DNA of 59,195 bases, counting the filler, from Sphacelaria rigidula (lineage: Eukaryota), in NCBI GenBank assembly GCA_964200075.2. It is 8 parts of 8 records of this genome, joined end to end, with 100 filler letters (N's around TTAATTAATTAA, not from the genome) between each part and the next. Parts side by side here need not be neighbours in the genome. Positions count along the whole stretch, not along the records: positions 7,414 to 14,726 come from CAXNAA020015496.1; positions 14,827 to 22,138 come from CAXNAA020015497.1; positions 22,239 to 29,550 come from CAXNAA020015498.1; 5 more parts are not named here. The stretch is one strand, 5' to 3'. Of this stretch, positions 11,573 to 24,876 are shown piece by piece. The position numbers and the translations under genes are program-made. The first letter of the stretch is position 1; every line of letters starts with the position of its first letter. The notes below the pieces were generated by a model. The model did not search any database. It saw nothing but the letters and a program-made list of their open reading frames with translations, and had not been told where the DNA came from.

Positions 11573-14395
11573 CAAGGTTGTGTTCTGCACGGTACGGGTA
11601 CGTTCTGTGGGGTATGCAATTCCGTACAGAGTTTACAGAACTGTCGGGTACCGGTTTGGAAGTCTCACAGAGTTTACAGAACTATCGGGTACCGGTATGA
11701 AAGTCTTATAGACTTAACAGAACTTGTCGGGTACGGTACGGGAGGCTTACAGAGAACGGTACCGGCAGTCAGGTAACTCGTGTCGGGTATACCCGCCCCT
11801 CGGGTTCGGGTAGATGTCATGTACAGAACTTACAGAACTGTCGGGTACCGGTATGAACGTCTTGCAGACTTTACAGAACTTGTCGGGTACGGTACGGGAG
11901 GCTTACAGAGAACGGTACCGGCAGTCGGGTAACTCGTGTCGGGTATACTCGCCCTTCGGGTTCGGGTAAATGTCATGTACAGAACTTACAGAACTGTCGG
12001 GTACGGTATGAAAGTCTTACAGACTTTACAAAACTTGTCGGGTACGGTATGGGAGGCTCACAGAGAACCGGTACCGGCAGTCGGGTAACTCTTGTCGAGT
12101 ATACTCGCCCTTCGGGTTCGGGTAAATGTATTGTACAGATCTTACAGAACTATCGAGTAGGGGTATGAAAGTCTTACAGAGATCACAGAACTGCCGGGTA
12201 CCGGTATGAAAGTCGTACAGAAGTCACAGAACTGTCGGATACGGTACGTACCCAGTAAAATACCCTGGGTATACAGAAAACCGTACCTTATAGAACACAA
12301 CCTTGGAGTTTTTGGTTGGGGTGCTGAAATGAATGAGAGGGCAGGGTGTGGTGGTAGGAGCTGGGAGGTACATGTTCGGACCATTAGGTTATGTCTTGAT
12401 TGAACCTACATCCATACCTCCAGAAGGTACATACCTGTGCTCGTACCTGCAATGGGGAATATCTGCAAGGGTATACCCTAACCCCGGGCAAGGGTACAGG
12501 AAGCTTGTAGAGTTTACAGAACTGTCGGGTACCGGTACGGAAGTCTCACAGAGTTTACAGAACTGTCGGGTACCGGTATGAACGTCTTGCAGACTTTACA
12601 GAACTTGTCGGGTACGGTACGGGAGGCTTACACAGAACGATACCGGCAGTCGAGTAACTCGTGTCGGGTATACGCGCCCCTCAGATTCGGGTAAATGTCA
12701 TGTACAGAACTTACAGAACTGTCGGGTACGGTATGAAAGTCTTACAGACTTTACAAAACTTGTCGGGTACGGTATGGGAGGCTCACAGAAAACCGGTCCC
12801 GACAGTCGGGTAACTCTTGTCGAGTATACTCGCCCTTCGGGTTCGGGTAAATGTATTGTACAGAACCTACAGAACTATCGAGTAGGGGTATGAAAGGCTT
12901 ACAGAGATCACAGAACTGTCGGGTACCGGTAAGAAAGTCCTACAGAAGTCACAGAACTATCGGGTACGGTACGTACCCAGTAAAATACCCTGGGTATACA
13001 GAAAACCGTACCTTACAGAACACAACCTCGGAGTTTTTGGTTGGGGTGCTGAATGAATGAGAGGGCAGGGTGTGGTGGTAGGAGCTGGGAGGTACATGTT
13101 CGGGCCATTAGGTTATGTCTTGATTGAACCTACATCCATACTTCCAGAAGGTACATACCTGTGCTCGTACCTGCAACGGGGTATATCTGCAAGGGTATAC
13201 CCTAACCCCGGGCAAGGGTACAGGAAGCTTGTAGAGTTTACAGAACTGTCGGGTACAGGTTTGGAAGTCTCACAGAGTTTACAGAACTTGTCGGGTACGG
13301 TACGGGAGGCTTACAGAGAACGATACCGGCAGTCGGGTAACTCGTGTCGGGTATACCCGCCCCTCGGGTTCGGGTAAATGTCATGTACAGAACTTACAGA
13401 ACTGTCGGGTACGGTATGAAAGTCTTACAGACTTTACAAAACTTGTCGGGTACGGTATGGGAGGCTCACAGAGAACCGGTACCGGCAGTCGGGTAACTCT
13501 TGTCGAGTATACTCGCCCTTCGGGTTCGGGTAAATGTATTGTACAGATCTTACAGAACTATCGAGTAGGGGTATGAAAGTCTTACAGAGATCACAGAACT
13601 GCCGGGTACCGGTATGAAAGTCGTACAGAAGTCACAGAACTGTCGGATACGGTACGTACCCAGTAAAATACCCTGGGTATACAGAAAACCGTACCTTATA
13701 GAACACAACCTTGGAGTTTTTGGTTGGGGTGTTGAAATGAATGAGAGGGCAGGGTGTGGTGGTAGGAGCTGGGAGGTACATGTTCGGATCATTAGGTTAT
13801 GTTTTGATTGAACCTACATCCATACTTCCAGAAGGTACATACCTGTGCTCGTACCTGCAACGGGGTATATCTGCAAGGGTATACCCTAACCCCGGGCAAG
13901 AGTACAGGAAGCTTGTAGAGTTTACAGAACTGTCAGGTACCGGTTTGGAAGTCTCACAGAGTTTACAGAACTGTCGGGTACCGGTATGGAAGTCTCACAG
14001 AGTTTACAGAACTATCGGGTACCGGTATGAACGTCTTGCAGACTTTACAGAACTTGTCGGGTACGGTACGAGAGGCTTACAGAGAACGGTACCGGCAGTC
14101 GGGTAACTCGTGTCGGGTATACCCGCCCCTCGATTTCGGGTAAATGTCATGTACAGAACTTACAGAACTTGTCGGGTACGGTATGGGAGGCTTACAGAGA
14201 ACCGGTACCGGCAGTCGGGTAACTCTTGTCGGGTGTGCTCGACCCTCGGGTTCGGGTAAATGTCATGTACAGATCTTACAGAACTGTAGGATACGGTATG
14301 AAAGTCTCACAGACTTTACAGAACTTGTCGGGTACGGTATGGGAGGCTTACAGAGAACCGGTATCGACAATCGGTTAACTCTTGTCGGGTATATA
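11573..14395 (+). repeat. Hierarchical tandem array derived from a TIR element (TIR CAAGGTTGTGTTCT): ~41-bp monomers, ~155-bp blocks, ~700-bp higher-order units
   Basis: Left TIR at 11573; right TIRs end at 12305, 13030 and 13713, each followed by the same ~120-bp flank (periods 725 and 683 bp). Confidence 0.9.
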
Positions 14396-15427
14396 GTAGT
14401 CAGCGTCAGAAGTTTTCAGAATTCGTCGTCGTTTTTTTTCTGAGTCTTTCTGCAGTACCGTCCTTCACTACTACTCGAAAATGCTAGCGCGGGTAGATTT
14501 AGGGAGAAAGCGTAGGCCGCGCTCAAACTGCAGTGCTCGCGTTGGTGTTTTTGGGGCGATACGAACTTGATACCCTGTTTATCAGGATGGTGTTATTGAC
14601 CGTTTTTGGTTCAATGTAAGCAATTTCCCCGCTCTTCAGCGACGAAACGGTAAATATTCAGATAAATTATTACGTTTAAAATTCTTCACAATAACGATCG
14701 AGATCGTGTTTCCCTCCTATACTCCANNNNNNNNNNNNNNNNNNNNNNNNNNNNNNNNNNNNNNNNNNNNTTAATTAATTAANNNNNNNNNNNNNNNNNN
14801 NNNNNNNNNNNNNNNNNNNNNNNNNNCTGAGTTTTGTTACTTATGCCCTGGCGAGGGCCCACACAAATTTTCACTACACAAAAACCAAACGTGTGCCGGT
14901 GAGTGGCCTGCGAAATACTGTTGTGAATTTTTACCGATCCGATTCTTATAAGGCAAATGCGCTGGGCAATATTTAGAGTTGAACTCTGAAATTTGGTATG
15001 GACAATGCACAGAGCATGATAAAAAATCGGTTAGAAGCACATGAAGTTTTATTTATTTTTTTCGCGAGTTAATGGCAATAATCAGTTTTCAGGCTCAGCA
15101 AAACGCCCTTATCTCACGAAAGAAAAAAAAAAAGCCTTCATGTGCTTCTTCCCGATTTTTTATTTTGCCCCATGCATTATCCATACCAAATTTCAGGGTC
15201 TAACTCCAAATATTGACCGGCGCATCCGCCTGCAAACTTTCATGCAGCCTCTAGCCTGGCCCAGCCTGTACCGATCTGGCACTATCGCAGTGCTACGGCC
15301 GCCATGCTGGGGAGGGCGGTGTACGACGGGTAGTTGTGTTACTGAATGACTAAAATGTATGTACATGCTTTAACTTCACTGCGCGGTGTTACCCACCGGC
15401 ATGAAAAATGCCCTGATATTATTGATG

Positions 15428-15565
15428 GATTTGATTTGATTTGATTTGTCGCACTTCAACTGACCCCCCAGGGGTCCAGCCGTGGTCTCGTCATAGACGT
15501 CCCCAAGAAAAACCAAACTGAAACACGCTCTGAGGAAAAGAAGGAACAGAAGAAAAAAAAATTAC
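15428..15565 (-). repeat. Retroposon-like dispersed repeat with (caaat)n/(caat)n tail; second copy at about 21930-22075
   Basis: Shared gtcgcactt..actgacccccaggggtc..gccgt..acgt.cccaag..aaa..aaa.tgaaacacgctct core next to a short microsatellite. Confidence 0.6.
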
Positions 15566-16433
15566 ATGTGTACAACGTGTGAATTGCACATGATGGCGTA
15601 CTTTGCCCGCATTTGGGCAGACAGCCGTATTCTAACAACGCGTATATCTACATGTCGCGATCATATTGAACTGCGACACGAGACAGGGAGAGGTTGCAAA
15701 GGGAAACGTCGTGGACGTGGTGTGGCCAAAAGGAATATTCAACTCTGAGGTTGTGGCCGTTCCCAAATGAAATCTAACTGAAGCGGTACTTGCTTAGTTG
15801 TATTCGATGCTGGCAGTTCAGACAGGACAGTGTTGCCTGTACTGTCTGGACAGTGTATCTGTTGGGCTCGTTCATTTCCAACAAATTGCAAAGCCATGTC
15901 TGCCAGTAATGATGTTTTCCGAGATAGATCGCCCGATTCGCCGCCTCGCTTGTTCGCCACTCTCTGTCTCTGCTGACATGTTCCTCTCTACTTGCTTCCA
16001 CGTAGTCCTACAGCCTACCGTTTCGGTATACCCTGCGTAGGCGAACACTGCCGACATGCGCGTGCGGCGCAGTAGAGAAACTGCTATCGCCATCATCCAT
16101 CGATCAGGGGGGCACCCTCCCCCCCCCGCGTGGGCAATTACAAGCAACAAATGAGTACGCCCCCTCCCCCCCCCCTGGGGTCACACGACTAAGGCAAGCA
16201 ACAAATGAGTACGCCCCCCTCGATTAGGGCACCCCCTCTCCCTCTACCGCTCCAGAATGAGGTTGTTGTAACCTCGGGAGGGGTGGTGCCATCATTTCCC
16301 GGTATGGGGCCCCCTCGGTTCCACGGCTTTGTAGTCAGGGGCGCTATATTTATGGAAAATGGCCAATGTGAGAAATAAGAACAATATTTACTTGCTCCCG
16401 TTGTTTGGGTGTGTCTGTCGTGATTCCGTCCAG

Positions 16434-19400
16434 CCAAGCGGATCCAGAACAAAGCCGTCGTTAACGAAACGCGCAGTGTGGAAGAACTGGGAGCACTGCT
16501 GGCCAAGGCCGAGGCTACATTCGAAATGCAGCAGGTGATGATGATTTTTGGTGTACAGGGCATATGCCGCATCGCCCCGGTGGTGTAGTGGTATTATAGC
16601 GGTCATGCGGTCATGCTCGAAGGGTGTTACGAATAAATATCCTTCTGAATATTTGCTTGCTTTTCAATGAATTTTTATTCGTACGGTACGTGGAATAGCG
16701 TTGCACCCGAGGTACGTGGAATAACGCAAATTTTGCGCATAGACGTGTTTGGCGCGCGCTCAACGTTTTTTTTTATCTAATTCGAGTAATAGGGCCTCAG
16801 AAATCATACGGGTGATTATTGGAATCAGCCATGATTTGTCCCAACCCTTGCGATGGTCTACAACACTGGACACCGAGAGGGCGGAGAGAGCGCGGGTTTG
16901 ATTCCCGCCCCCAGATAAGTTTGGGGTTCTGGGCGTTTTATTCGAAAAGTGTCTGATTTAAAAACCCTTTTGGAACCCGTTGACGATTTTTCTTTTTGTG
17001 AATCGGCATCATTTTGACTTGAAAATGACTGAAACGATGCCGATTCACAAAAACAAAACTCGTCAATGGGTTCCAGAAGGGTTCAGCCGTTGAAAGCGTG
17101 AGAACGTGAGTAGACAGGAAGACTTTTTTTTGTCAACAATGAAATATCAAAACGTTTTTTTCAACTCACATTATCTTTTGACTTTGATTGTGCTTGGATT
17201 TGTTTTCGTTCATTTAGGTTTATTGCATAAAGATGGTCCTAATAATCCATTAGGTGCAGAAGAAAAATGATATAATATTAGTTTTTGTCCTTATTTTCAT
17301 GTTAAAGATACTTTGGGCTTTTTTGTTGTATTAACTGTTCTGTCAGGATTTGTTATATATGCTTCAATTTTTTTTCAAGAAGAATTGACGCGGTGCGGAT
17401 GGGAGGGCTGATGGTCATGATCCAATCCGTGACTCCGAAATGTAAGGCGTGTACTGGGGAGAGGTGGGTTTATCTCTCGAGACGGTGGTTAATAGATGTG
17501 ACGGGGGGATATAAAATACACGCGGTTTTTTCTTAGATTCGAACGTTCTTGTACAAAAATTAAGTCTGGCCATGGAAGAATACCGTTGTTACCGGGGAAA
17601 TGCGAAGATGTCCTGAAACCGTTTCAACGATTACAGCAAGTTATTTCAAGGTGCCAGACGCCGCCTAGCTCTCATTCAGGCGTGAGATGACGACGAAGGA
17701 CTAAAAAAGCATTTTTTTCAGGATGTTTTTTCGTTTGCCATTACAAGCGGCCTGAGAAGACAACAAGAAAAAAATCTCGGTTCCAATACGCAAGTAGTCT
17801 AAGCAGAGGAAATTGTGTTTGATGGTTTGTGTGATGATGAAATTGTGTTTTGATGGGGTCCACCGTTCCCCGATGTGGTACATCGTCCCACCTGACACGC
17901 GCGTCAGACTTACATCGCCGCGCTGGAGAAGCAGCTGACGGCAATGAAGAAGAGCGTGCGCGGTGAGCCTGACGCTCCACGACCCCCTCCGTCTCCCGCG
18001 GGCGAGGCGTCTACGGAGACGGGGGATCAAGAGGCAGCGTCCCCTGATAGCGGAGAAGCTGCCAGTGCCATTCGACGCCTGACGGAGGCTAATCAGGCGT
18101 TGCAGGCCGAGGTGGAGGAGGAGAAGGCAGAGGTGAAACGAAGGTACGGTTTGCGATACTCGAGGGTTTGGGGAGAGGGGGGAGGGGGGGCCACGGAGAT
18201 GGCAGATTCTCGTAATATCGGCCTGATAAAGAGCAGATGGTGTGCCGAGCATGGGCATTGTTCGATTATCATACCTTGTGCGTTGGTCATTTTCCGTACG
18301 ATGCAGTGCAAGTCATTGTTTTGTAGCAGTGGACCGCGGGTCTGAGTTGGAGCTTAGGAGCTAAAAAGGAGAAGACGCCGAAACAATAGCGCGTTATTTT
18401 CCGAAAAATGTGCGTCCTGCTTCATGAACAACACGCCCGACACGGAACACCTCGTGTATGCTATTCTACCGTGCATTTCTTCAAGTGTGAGTGCTTGCTT
18501 CCCTTCCCCCCGCCCTTGTCCCCTTTAGGGTTGACGTCGGTTGGCAACGACGCTGTAAAGCACGCCACTCACTGCGTGATCTAGCTACCAGGTTAACGAG
18601 GTTTTGTCCACTTGCGTTTTTTTTTTTTCCGATAAGCATGATGACGGACGTCATGGTGGTCGAGCTGCATCATACTGTGCAGGGTGGAGAACCTCAACTC
18701 CGCCCCAAAGGGGATGATCGTACTACACAATGTTCAGATGGTGAGACACCCATGAGGCAGTGTAAAAGCCGTGGCTGTCTCTGGAAGTGGCGATTCCAGA
18801 AAATGAAGCAACTTATTGGAGGGTGCAATCCATACGTGAGGCAATCAGCAGGCTTCGGGCCAAACGATCCTAGCAGGATCCAGTTGACCCCTCATTCCAC
18901 TCGCCGAACACATCACGGCGCTTCACGCTTGGTGATTGATTGCGAGCCTGGTCCGGCGAAAACCCGGCGTGCTCCGTCCCGGCTTTGTGGGGATGCGAAG
19001 ACAACGGTCGAATGACTATGGCATGCATGATGATGAGTACACCCCCTTTTGTGTATGTCTGCGTGTTTTTCGTTCTCACTTCCAACTCTTCTCGTTCCCC
19101 GGGGCTAGTCCGTGGCTGTCTCAAGGCATCAACCCACCTTTTCACCTGCGCAGTACATACCTTGCATGCTGGTATCGTGGATTGGAGCATGACCATCAAC
19201 AGTAAATTGGATCATGACCATCACCACTCCCGCACGGCATTGATTGTCGTCTGTTATGACAAAAACACTGTGCCGAACAGACTCTTTTTTACCACTCATG
19301 GCCTCTCCCTGTCGTGTCCGCGTCGCTGTCGAAAATCGGATTCTCGTTGAGCAAAAAAAAAAGCCAAATTGTACGCTGTAGAGGATATCTTCGAACAGCA

Positions 19401-21542
19401 CTCTGGACAGTAGATCTATCTCGAGATTGGCTACTGTTACTGTTCTATGCGACAGTTCGATTGCCGGCTTGCTCGCTGTTACTACAGTGTGTAGACGCCA
19501 GTACGTGGCAGGGTAGTCGGAGAGATCGCACGCGGGGACTTCTTAGCTTTCAGCAGGGTCTCCTGTAGTTCAATCGTTCTTTGACCGAAATTTTGAACCG
19601 TAGGTGCCTTTTTGTCGTATGGATGTTTTGTTTCTCGCCTTTTTTTGCAGGCCGTTTGATTTATGGGTATGGATGGTATGCTACTTGCACTCTGTGACCA
19701 CGGGATCGAGAAATCGAGCTTATGTGACGATAATAATATTAATAATGATAACGATGATGATGGCGCATCTCAGAGTGGGTTCAAAGGTACGGGTCAAGTG
19801 ATCTAACGCAATACTAATTTCAAGTAATTTAATTTAAATTACTTCCAGTCCCTCTACATTTTGTAACGCATTGCATAACGCACACTTGATTTTAGAATAG
19901 GCTCCATCAAACTTGTGTTCGCTGGCCTTCTGGTCCCCGCAGCCGCACTACAGGACCGTGCTGCGGAGAGATGGTACCCAGGACAACAACGGCCTCACAA
20001 GAGGCGCTTTGTCTTTCTGTTTAGGCGGTGGTGTATCCAACGTTCGCTATGAGCGTTGTCGTGCCTGCGGGATGGTTGCGGGGGCGGGGGTTGGCGTCGC
20101 AGTGTCCATTTGCGCTGAAGCTGCTCCTCCTGTATCCTGTACGGCTTTGGATACGGGGTATGAGATCAGACGGCGCTATCATTGTCGTTGTGCATTTTTT
20201 TAATGCTCCCGGATGGCGTGACCCCAGTAAAGGACGATATCAGCATTATTGCTGTTGGCTCTCTATTGTTGGCCGTCGTGCTTTCGTTCTCGATGGCTCG
20301 TGTTGATGGACGGTGCCGTACGGACAGTACTCACGCGATGCCCACCGTCTGGCCAGGGTTGGCGCATCTTGCGGTAAAGATACAGTCGGTACCGCGACTG
20401 AAATTGCTGAGAGATACAGTAACGAAGACGACCAAGCACTTTACACAACGGACACCGGACAGCTATTATAACGTGAACATGTATCTCTCGCGTGAGCGAC
20501 CCCGTGTGCTAGAGCACCGCCCCCTTCCGAAGGTATACCGTAAGCTTATTTCATGATGACATGGTGCCTGGTACAATATCATAGGTACGCTGTCCCGGGC
20601 GGTAGCCAGCTAGCGGAGGAATATGAAGCCCAGACTGGGCCTGAACAAGAAAAAAAGAACTAAACAATTCAATCTTGTTGACCTCTCTGCGGTACATGGG
20701 GCTCGAGTAGCGCACGAGTGTCCACCAACACCAGAAACCCAGACTCAATCCGTTCAAGGATTGTGGAAAACAAAAAAAAATAGCTGATTTGAGTTCAATT
20801 ATTATATGACAACCCATATCTGTGATCTCGTTGCCCATCTGACGGGAATCAATCATTGCTGTTGTTGCGGTCTTGTTCTGTTTCATCATGTTTCCTTACG
20901 CACCACGCGCAGGGAAAAGGAGACGAACGATCTTCGACAGGTGCTGCAGGAACGAGAGAGGCAACTAAGGGACGCCGCCGATGAGCTGAGTCAACTGGGG
21001 AAGACACACCAGGTTCGCCTTGAAGCGCTCGCAGCGGAGAAGGCCAGTCTTGACGAGGAGTTGGAGGTATGTGCTCTTGATCATTATTAATATTAAATTT
21101 TATTTATTTCATTCTCTTTTACGTTAGTCTTTCAGTATTTTTCTCAGCTTGATATCTCAAACCCGTGGTCACCGAGTGCAAGGTAAGCTCCGTCTAAGTC
21201 AATTATGACCGGATTGATCGTTTTCCGTAATGTTCTCGGGCTTGTTTTTGTGCGCATGTATGACGAGCTCAGGCAACCCCGGTATCGAAATGATCCGCAA
21301 CCCAAAAGAAACACGATAGCGCATGGAAATATCCACTGCAGGCTGCTGTGATGATTGATGGCACACGAGATAAGAACATGTGCGAGGATGCCCCGATAAA
21401 ATGGCATGCATGAACTATAGGGGATCAACATGTTGTGGTTCGCGTTTTTTGTTGTTGCTGTTGTTGTGTGTATGTGTGTGTTATTCAGGGTGCGAAGGCG
21501 AAGCTGCAGGAAGCCGTGGAGGCAAACAGGTTCGAGCAAGAG
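16434..21542 (+). CDS. Kinesin-1 (kinesin heavy chain)-like gene, internal exons 16434-16534, 17908-18143, 20913-21066 and 21489-21542 (neck linker and coiled-coil stalk); motor-domain exons not found on this contig
   Basis: Spliced product (A)KRIQNKAVVNETRSVEELGALLAKAEATFEMQQ|TYIAALEKQL resembles the kinesin-1 RAKxIKNKAxVN..ELKxMLAKA..YIxxLE neck; AG/GT junctions are phase-compatible (0, 2, 0); heptad-rich downstream. Confidence 0.82.
16963..17083. repeat. Intronic fold-back of ~120 bp (arms ~55 bp); piggyBac-like MITE or pre-miRNA candidate
   Basis: aacccttttggaacccgttgacga..tgtgaatcggcatc pairs with gatgccgattcaca..tcgtcaatgggttccagaagggtt. Confidence 0.8.
17124..17365 (+). pseudogene. 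cob: NUMT: fragment of mitochondrial apocytochrome b inside a kinesin intron
   Basis: AT-rich; reads VNNEISKRFF/HYLL..LIVLGFVFVHLGLLHKDGPNNPLGAEEK*YNISFCPYFHVKDTLGFF, matching cytochrome b NRFFSLHYLLPF..HLxLLHxxGSNNPLG..ISFYPYFxxKD; has a frameshift and an in-frame TGA. Confidence 0.92.
18945..19050. repeat. Abundant dispersed repeat (ctggtccggcgaa.acccggcgtgctccgtcccggcttt..gggatgcga..gactatggcatgca.gatcatgagtac); copies at about 45-100, 34370-34420, 41060-41200 and 52890-52995
   Basis: Same motif recurs on five contigs in both orientations. Confidence 0.8.
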
Positions 21543-21707
21543 GTGAGAATCAGCTTGGATGTGATCCCAATCGTTCGAAGTCGATAAACTGTTTTACCAC
21601 CAGAGTAGTAGGTCGTTCGTCTGTTGAATCGACATCACCTTCACTGGAAAGATGAGTACATGGCTCAGATTACCGGCCGAATGGTTGAACCATTGAATCG
21701 TAATGCT

Positions 21708-21738
<31 letters not shown>

Positions 21739-22362
21739 CATCTCTAACCGTACCACACCCTGGACAGAATGTGGTCAAATGTTACAGTAAAATAAGTATA
21801 TTGCGTTTTTTTTTTCCTCTTATTTATTTGTCGCACTTTGAACCCCTCCACTTCCTCAGGGCGACTCCGCGGTCGCTAGGGATCAACCCATCTCTCCACG
21901 GGGTACACGCCTTGTATTTTGGTCTCGCGGATTTGATTCATTGATTGATTGTCGCACTTTGACTGACCCCCCAGGGGTCAAGCCGTAGTCTAATGATGGA
22001 CGTACCCAAGACAAAACGAAATTGAAACACGCTCTAGGGAAAAAAAAAAAAAAAGGAACAGAAAAAAAAAAACAGATTGGGTTATGGCTTATCAGCACCA
22101 CCCACCACCCACAAAAAAAAAAAAACAAAAACAAAAAANNNNNNNNNNNNNNNNNNNNNNNNNNNNNNNNNNNNNNNNNNNNTTAATTAATTAANNNNNN
22201 NNNNNNNNNNNNNNNNNNNNNNNNNNNNNNNNNNNNNNTGATACTGTACTGAACATCTCATCGTCTTTACCCGGATAATTTCCTTTTATAAACCCACCTA
22301 CAAAAGGTAGATCAGGATTCCTTTCCCCCAACTATCAAGTCGATACATTACCACAGACTCAC

Positions 22363-24840
22363 CTCTCCGGCCATCTCCAGGGCCTGGTGGCCTCGCACAG
22401 CCGCTCTGGCGTGTTTCAGCGCCGCTCGAGCGTCGGCTAGAGCAGCGTGAGATGAAGCCAGCATTTTCTCGGCCTCCCGAACCGCGGAGGAAATTTCTGC
22501 GGGACCATTAGCAGTCGGCTGTATCCCCTCCTCGTCTCCTCGTCGCCGTCCTCCTCCCCCGCCTGCTGTTCCTGTTTCGATTGATGATGTTGCTGTTGCT
22601 CCGCTTCGATGCCGTCGTTCCATAGCGCCTTGTGTGCGTGTGTGCGCGTGCGCGAGTGCGCGCCCGCGCGTGCGCATTTGTTTGTTTCCAACGGAAAGCC
22701 AGAAATGAAACCCGGGTGGGAAGACAACACGCGCTTAGCTCGGTACTTCATTCATGTGTGTCATGCTCCAATATTTTGTATGTACGTGTCGTCCTCCAAT
22801 CTAGTGTGTGTGTATGCTTTTCTCGTCTAGTGTGCAGGGAGTCAAGTGGGGGCAAAGATACGAAACATAACAAAAACACGAATTCATACCTCCAACAGAT
22901 AGGGGTAGCTCGATGTGAACCAAGAGATTATTGCGCGAAGCGCGATTATAGCCGAGCGTTCGAGATCGGCACCCGGCCAAAAGAGAGGGCCCGTTCGAAA
23001 TCAGGCCAAGAACAAAAACATGGGACATGTCCTGTTTCACTGTACTGCAGCACAAACACACCCATGCCCTCTCTCATGTGCTGTAGGTGTAACTGTCCTG
23101 TAGTGTGTTCGGACCGGGCGAATACGGTTTGGTCTCTGCCGTGATTGTCCGACCTGTTTTTACAGTACTGTATTTCCGTTGTGTTCGTCTCTGATGACAA
23201 AAATGTTAGTCGGCACGAGGTGCTGTCTACGCACTGACTGTTGAAAACTTCTTGGTGTGCTGGCTGTTTCGTCTTCCGTGAAACGAACAAGGCGCTGCCC
23301 GCACCAGCGCTTCTATGCTGCAGTTGTCGCTGTGCTGTGGTTCGTTTGAACCCCTTACGAACACGGTTTGATCTACACTGAAGAGTGCCTCAATTACTGA
23401 ACTACCCCCGCGCCCCGGTCTGTACAGAATTGGGGTGGGACCGAAGTGCTGCCTGTACGAAACTGAAAATATCACGCGGTGGCAGCTGTTCATTGTGTCT
23501 TCTTTGATACTTTAGTTGTAGTCGGCTGCTGTGATCGGGGAAGACACACAAGGCGCTCAAGGTTGGGGCGAACAAACTGAGTCGGCACGGGCTGCTGTAT
23601 CCTCAGCGATTGAAGCTTGCAGCTGTCTGTCTCGCAGCGGCGCAACGTGCTGGCCAATCAAAGTCATTTTGCAACTCCTATGCATATCCTACCTCTCATG
23701 CGATTAGTGTAAGGTCCCCGTATTTTCGTGCTTTGAAACGCTCGGATGGATCCAAAAATGTCGCAAATCGGATCTTTTTGCCTCGATCTGTGGGCGCTGT
23801 GTCAACACAAAACAAGAAGGCAGCGAGAGTGGCCCTCTCGCATTGGTTCATTAGGGCTGTACGCGTACTACCATGCAAACGGGCGCACAGAAAAGCAAAC
23901 AGGACGGACACATGGAGGAGGCGCGTGAATAATCCATGCTTTTAGCCCCTCTCCCCCCTTCGACTCCTCAAGTGCTGCGTATAGTTGGCTGCAGTTCTGG
24001 GGCGCGCCCATTGGTGCATTCCTGTCCCCGTGTTACCGTATCCATCATTGTTTCTCGACCGCAACGTAAAATCGGAATGCAATCAGAAACCGGACCAGTT
24101 GACGTCGTCGTCCGCCTACGCACATAATAAACGGCCACATACACTGCGCACAATCATTCACAGGCAGGTGATGGCTTTGCTCGCGACCGTACGGGCTTTC
24201 AAATATTTCCCAGACCTAAACCGTTGGCGTAGCACCACCATCACTTGTGTTACAGAACACGGGGAATGAGGCTAGTGGGGTGGTCTTTGCTGCCGTGTAA
24301 ACCAGGGATGAACTAACTCTCTGCGATGGTAGTACAGACAGCGTGTGGGCGCTTCCGTTCTGTTTACCTCGGGGAGGTGTACATTGTGGATAATGACCAT
24401 TGACCATTGTCGGGTCCCTCGGGTATCGGTTCATGTGCAACAATAGCACACCCCGAAACAGAGACTGCGTTCTGTTTTCTGCTTTAGGTACACGCGACGG
24501 TTCGACCTTGTTCTGTACTGTACCGTGGAAAGAGCGACTTGGCCTCGGCAAGCAAGTACGTATTGTAGAACGTGTGTTCTGCACAGACGGCCTCTGAGGA
24601 AAACCTCACAGGACGACTATCCGAGAGGCATATGCCACGTAATATACCGAGGTGGTAAAGCCTCCAACGTCCAAAGTAAGTGAGAAATATGTATATGTAT
24701 ATATATATAAATTTTTGGAATATAGCTGTGAAGTAGACTAGTGCGTTTTTCGCAGTAGACAGTATATTCCATACTGTACGCAGCATACTTTTTTGACGAT
24801 GTGATCCATTCTCATTGTCCAGGGCGTGGATAATGACTCG

Positions 24841-24876
<36 letters not shown>

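Noticed and set aside
11590..14395. CRISPR-like repeat/spacer array or repeat-protein ORFs (MRGQGVVVGAGRY x3)
   Set aside because: The intervening segments are copies of each other, there are no cas genes, the context is eukaryotic, and the ORFs are by-products of the repeat
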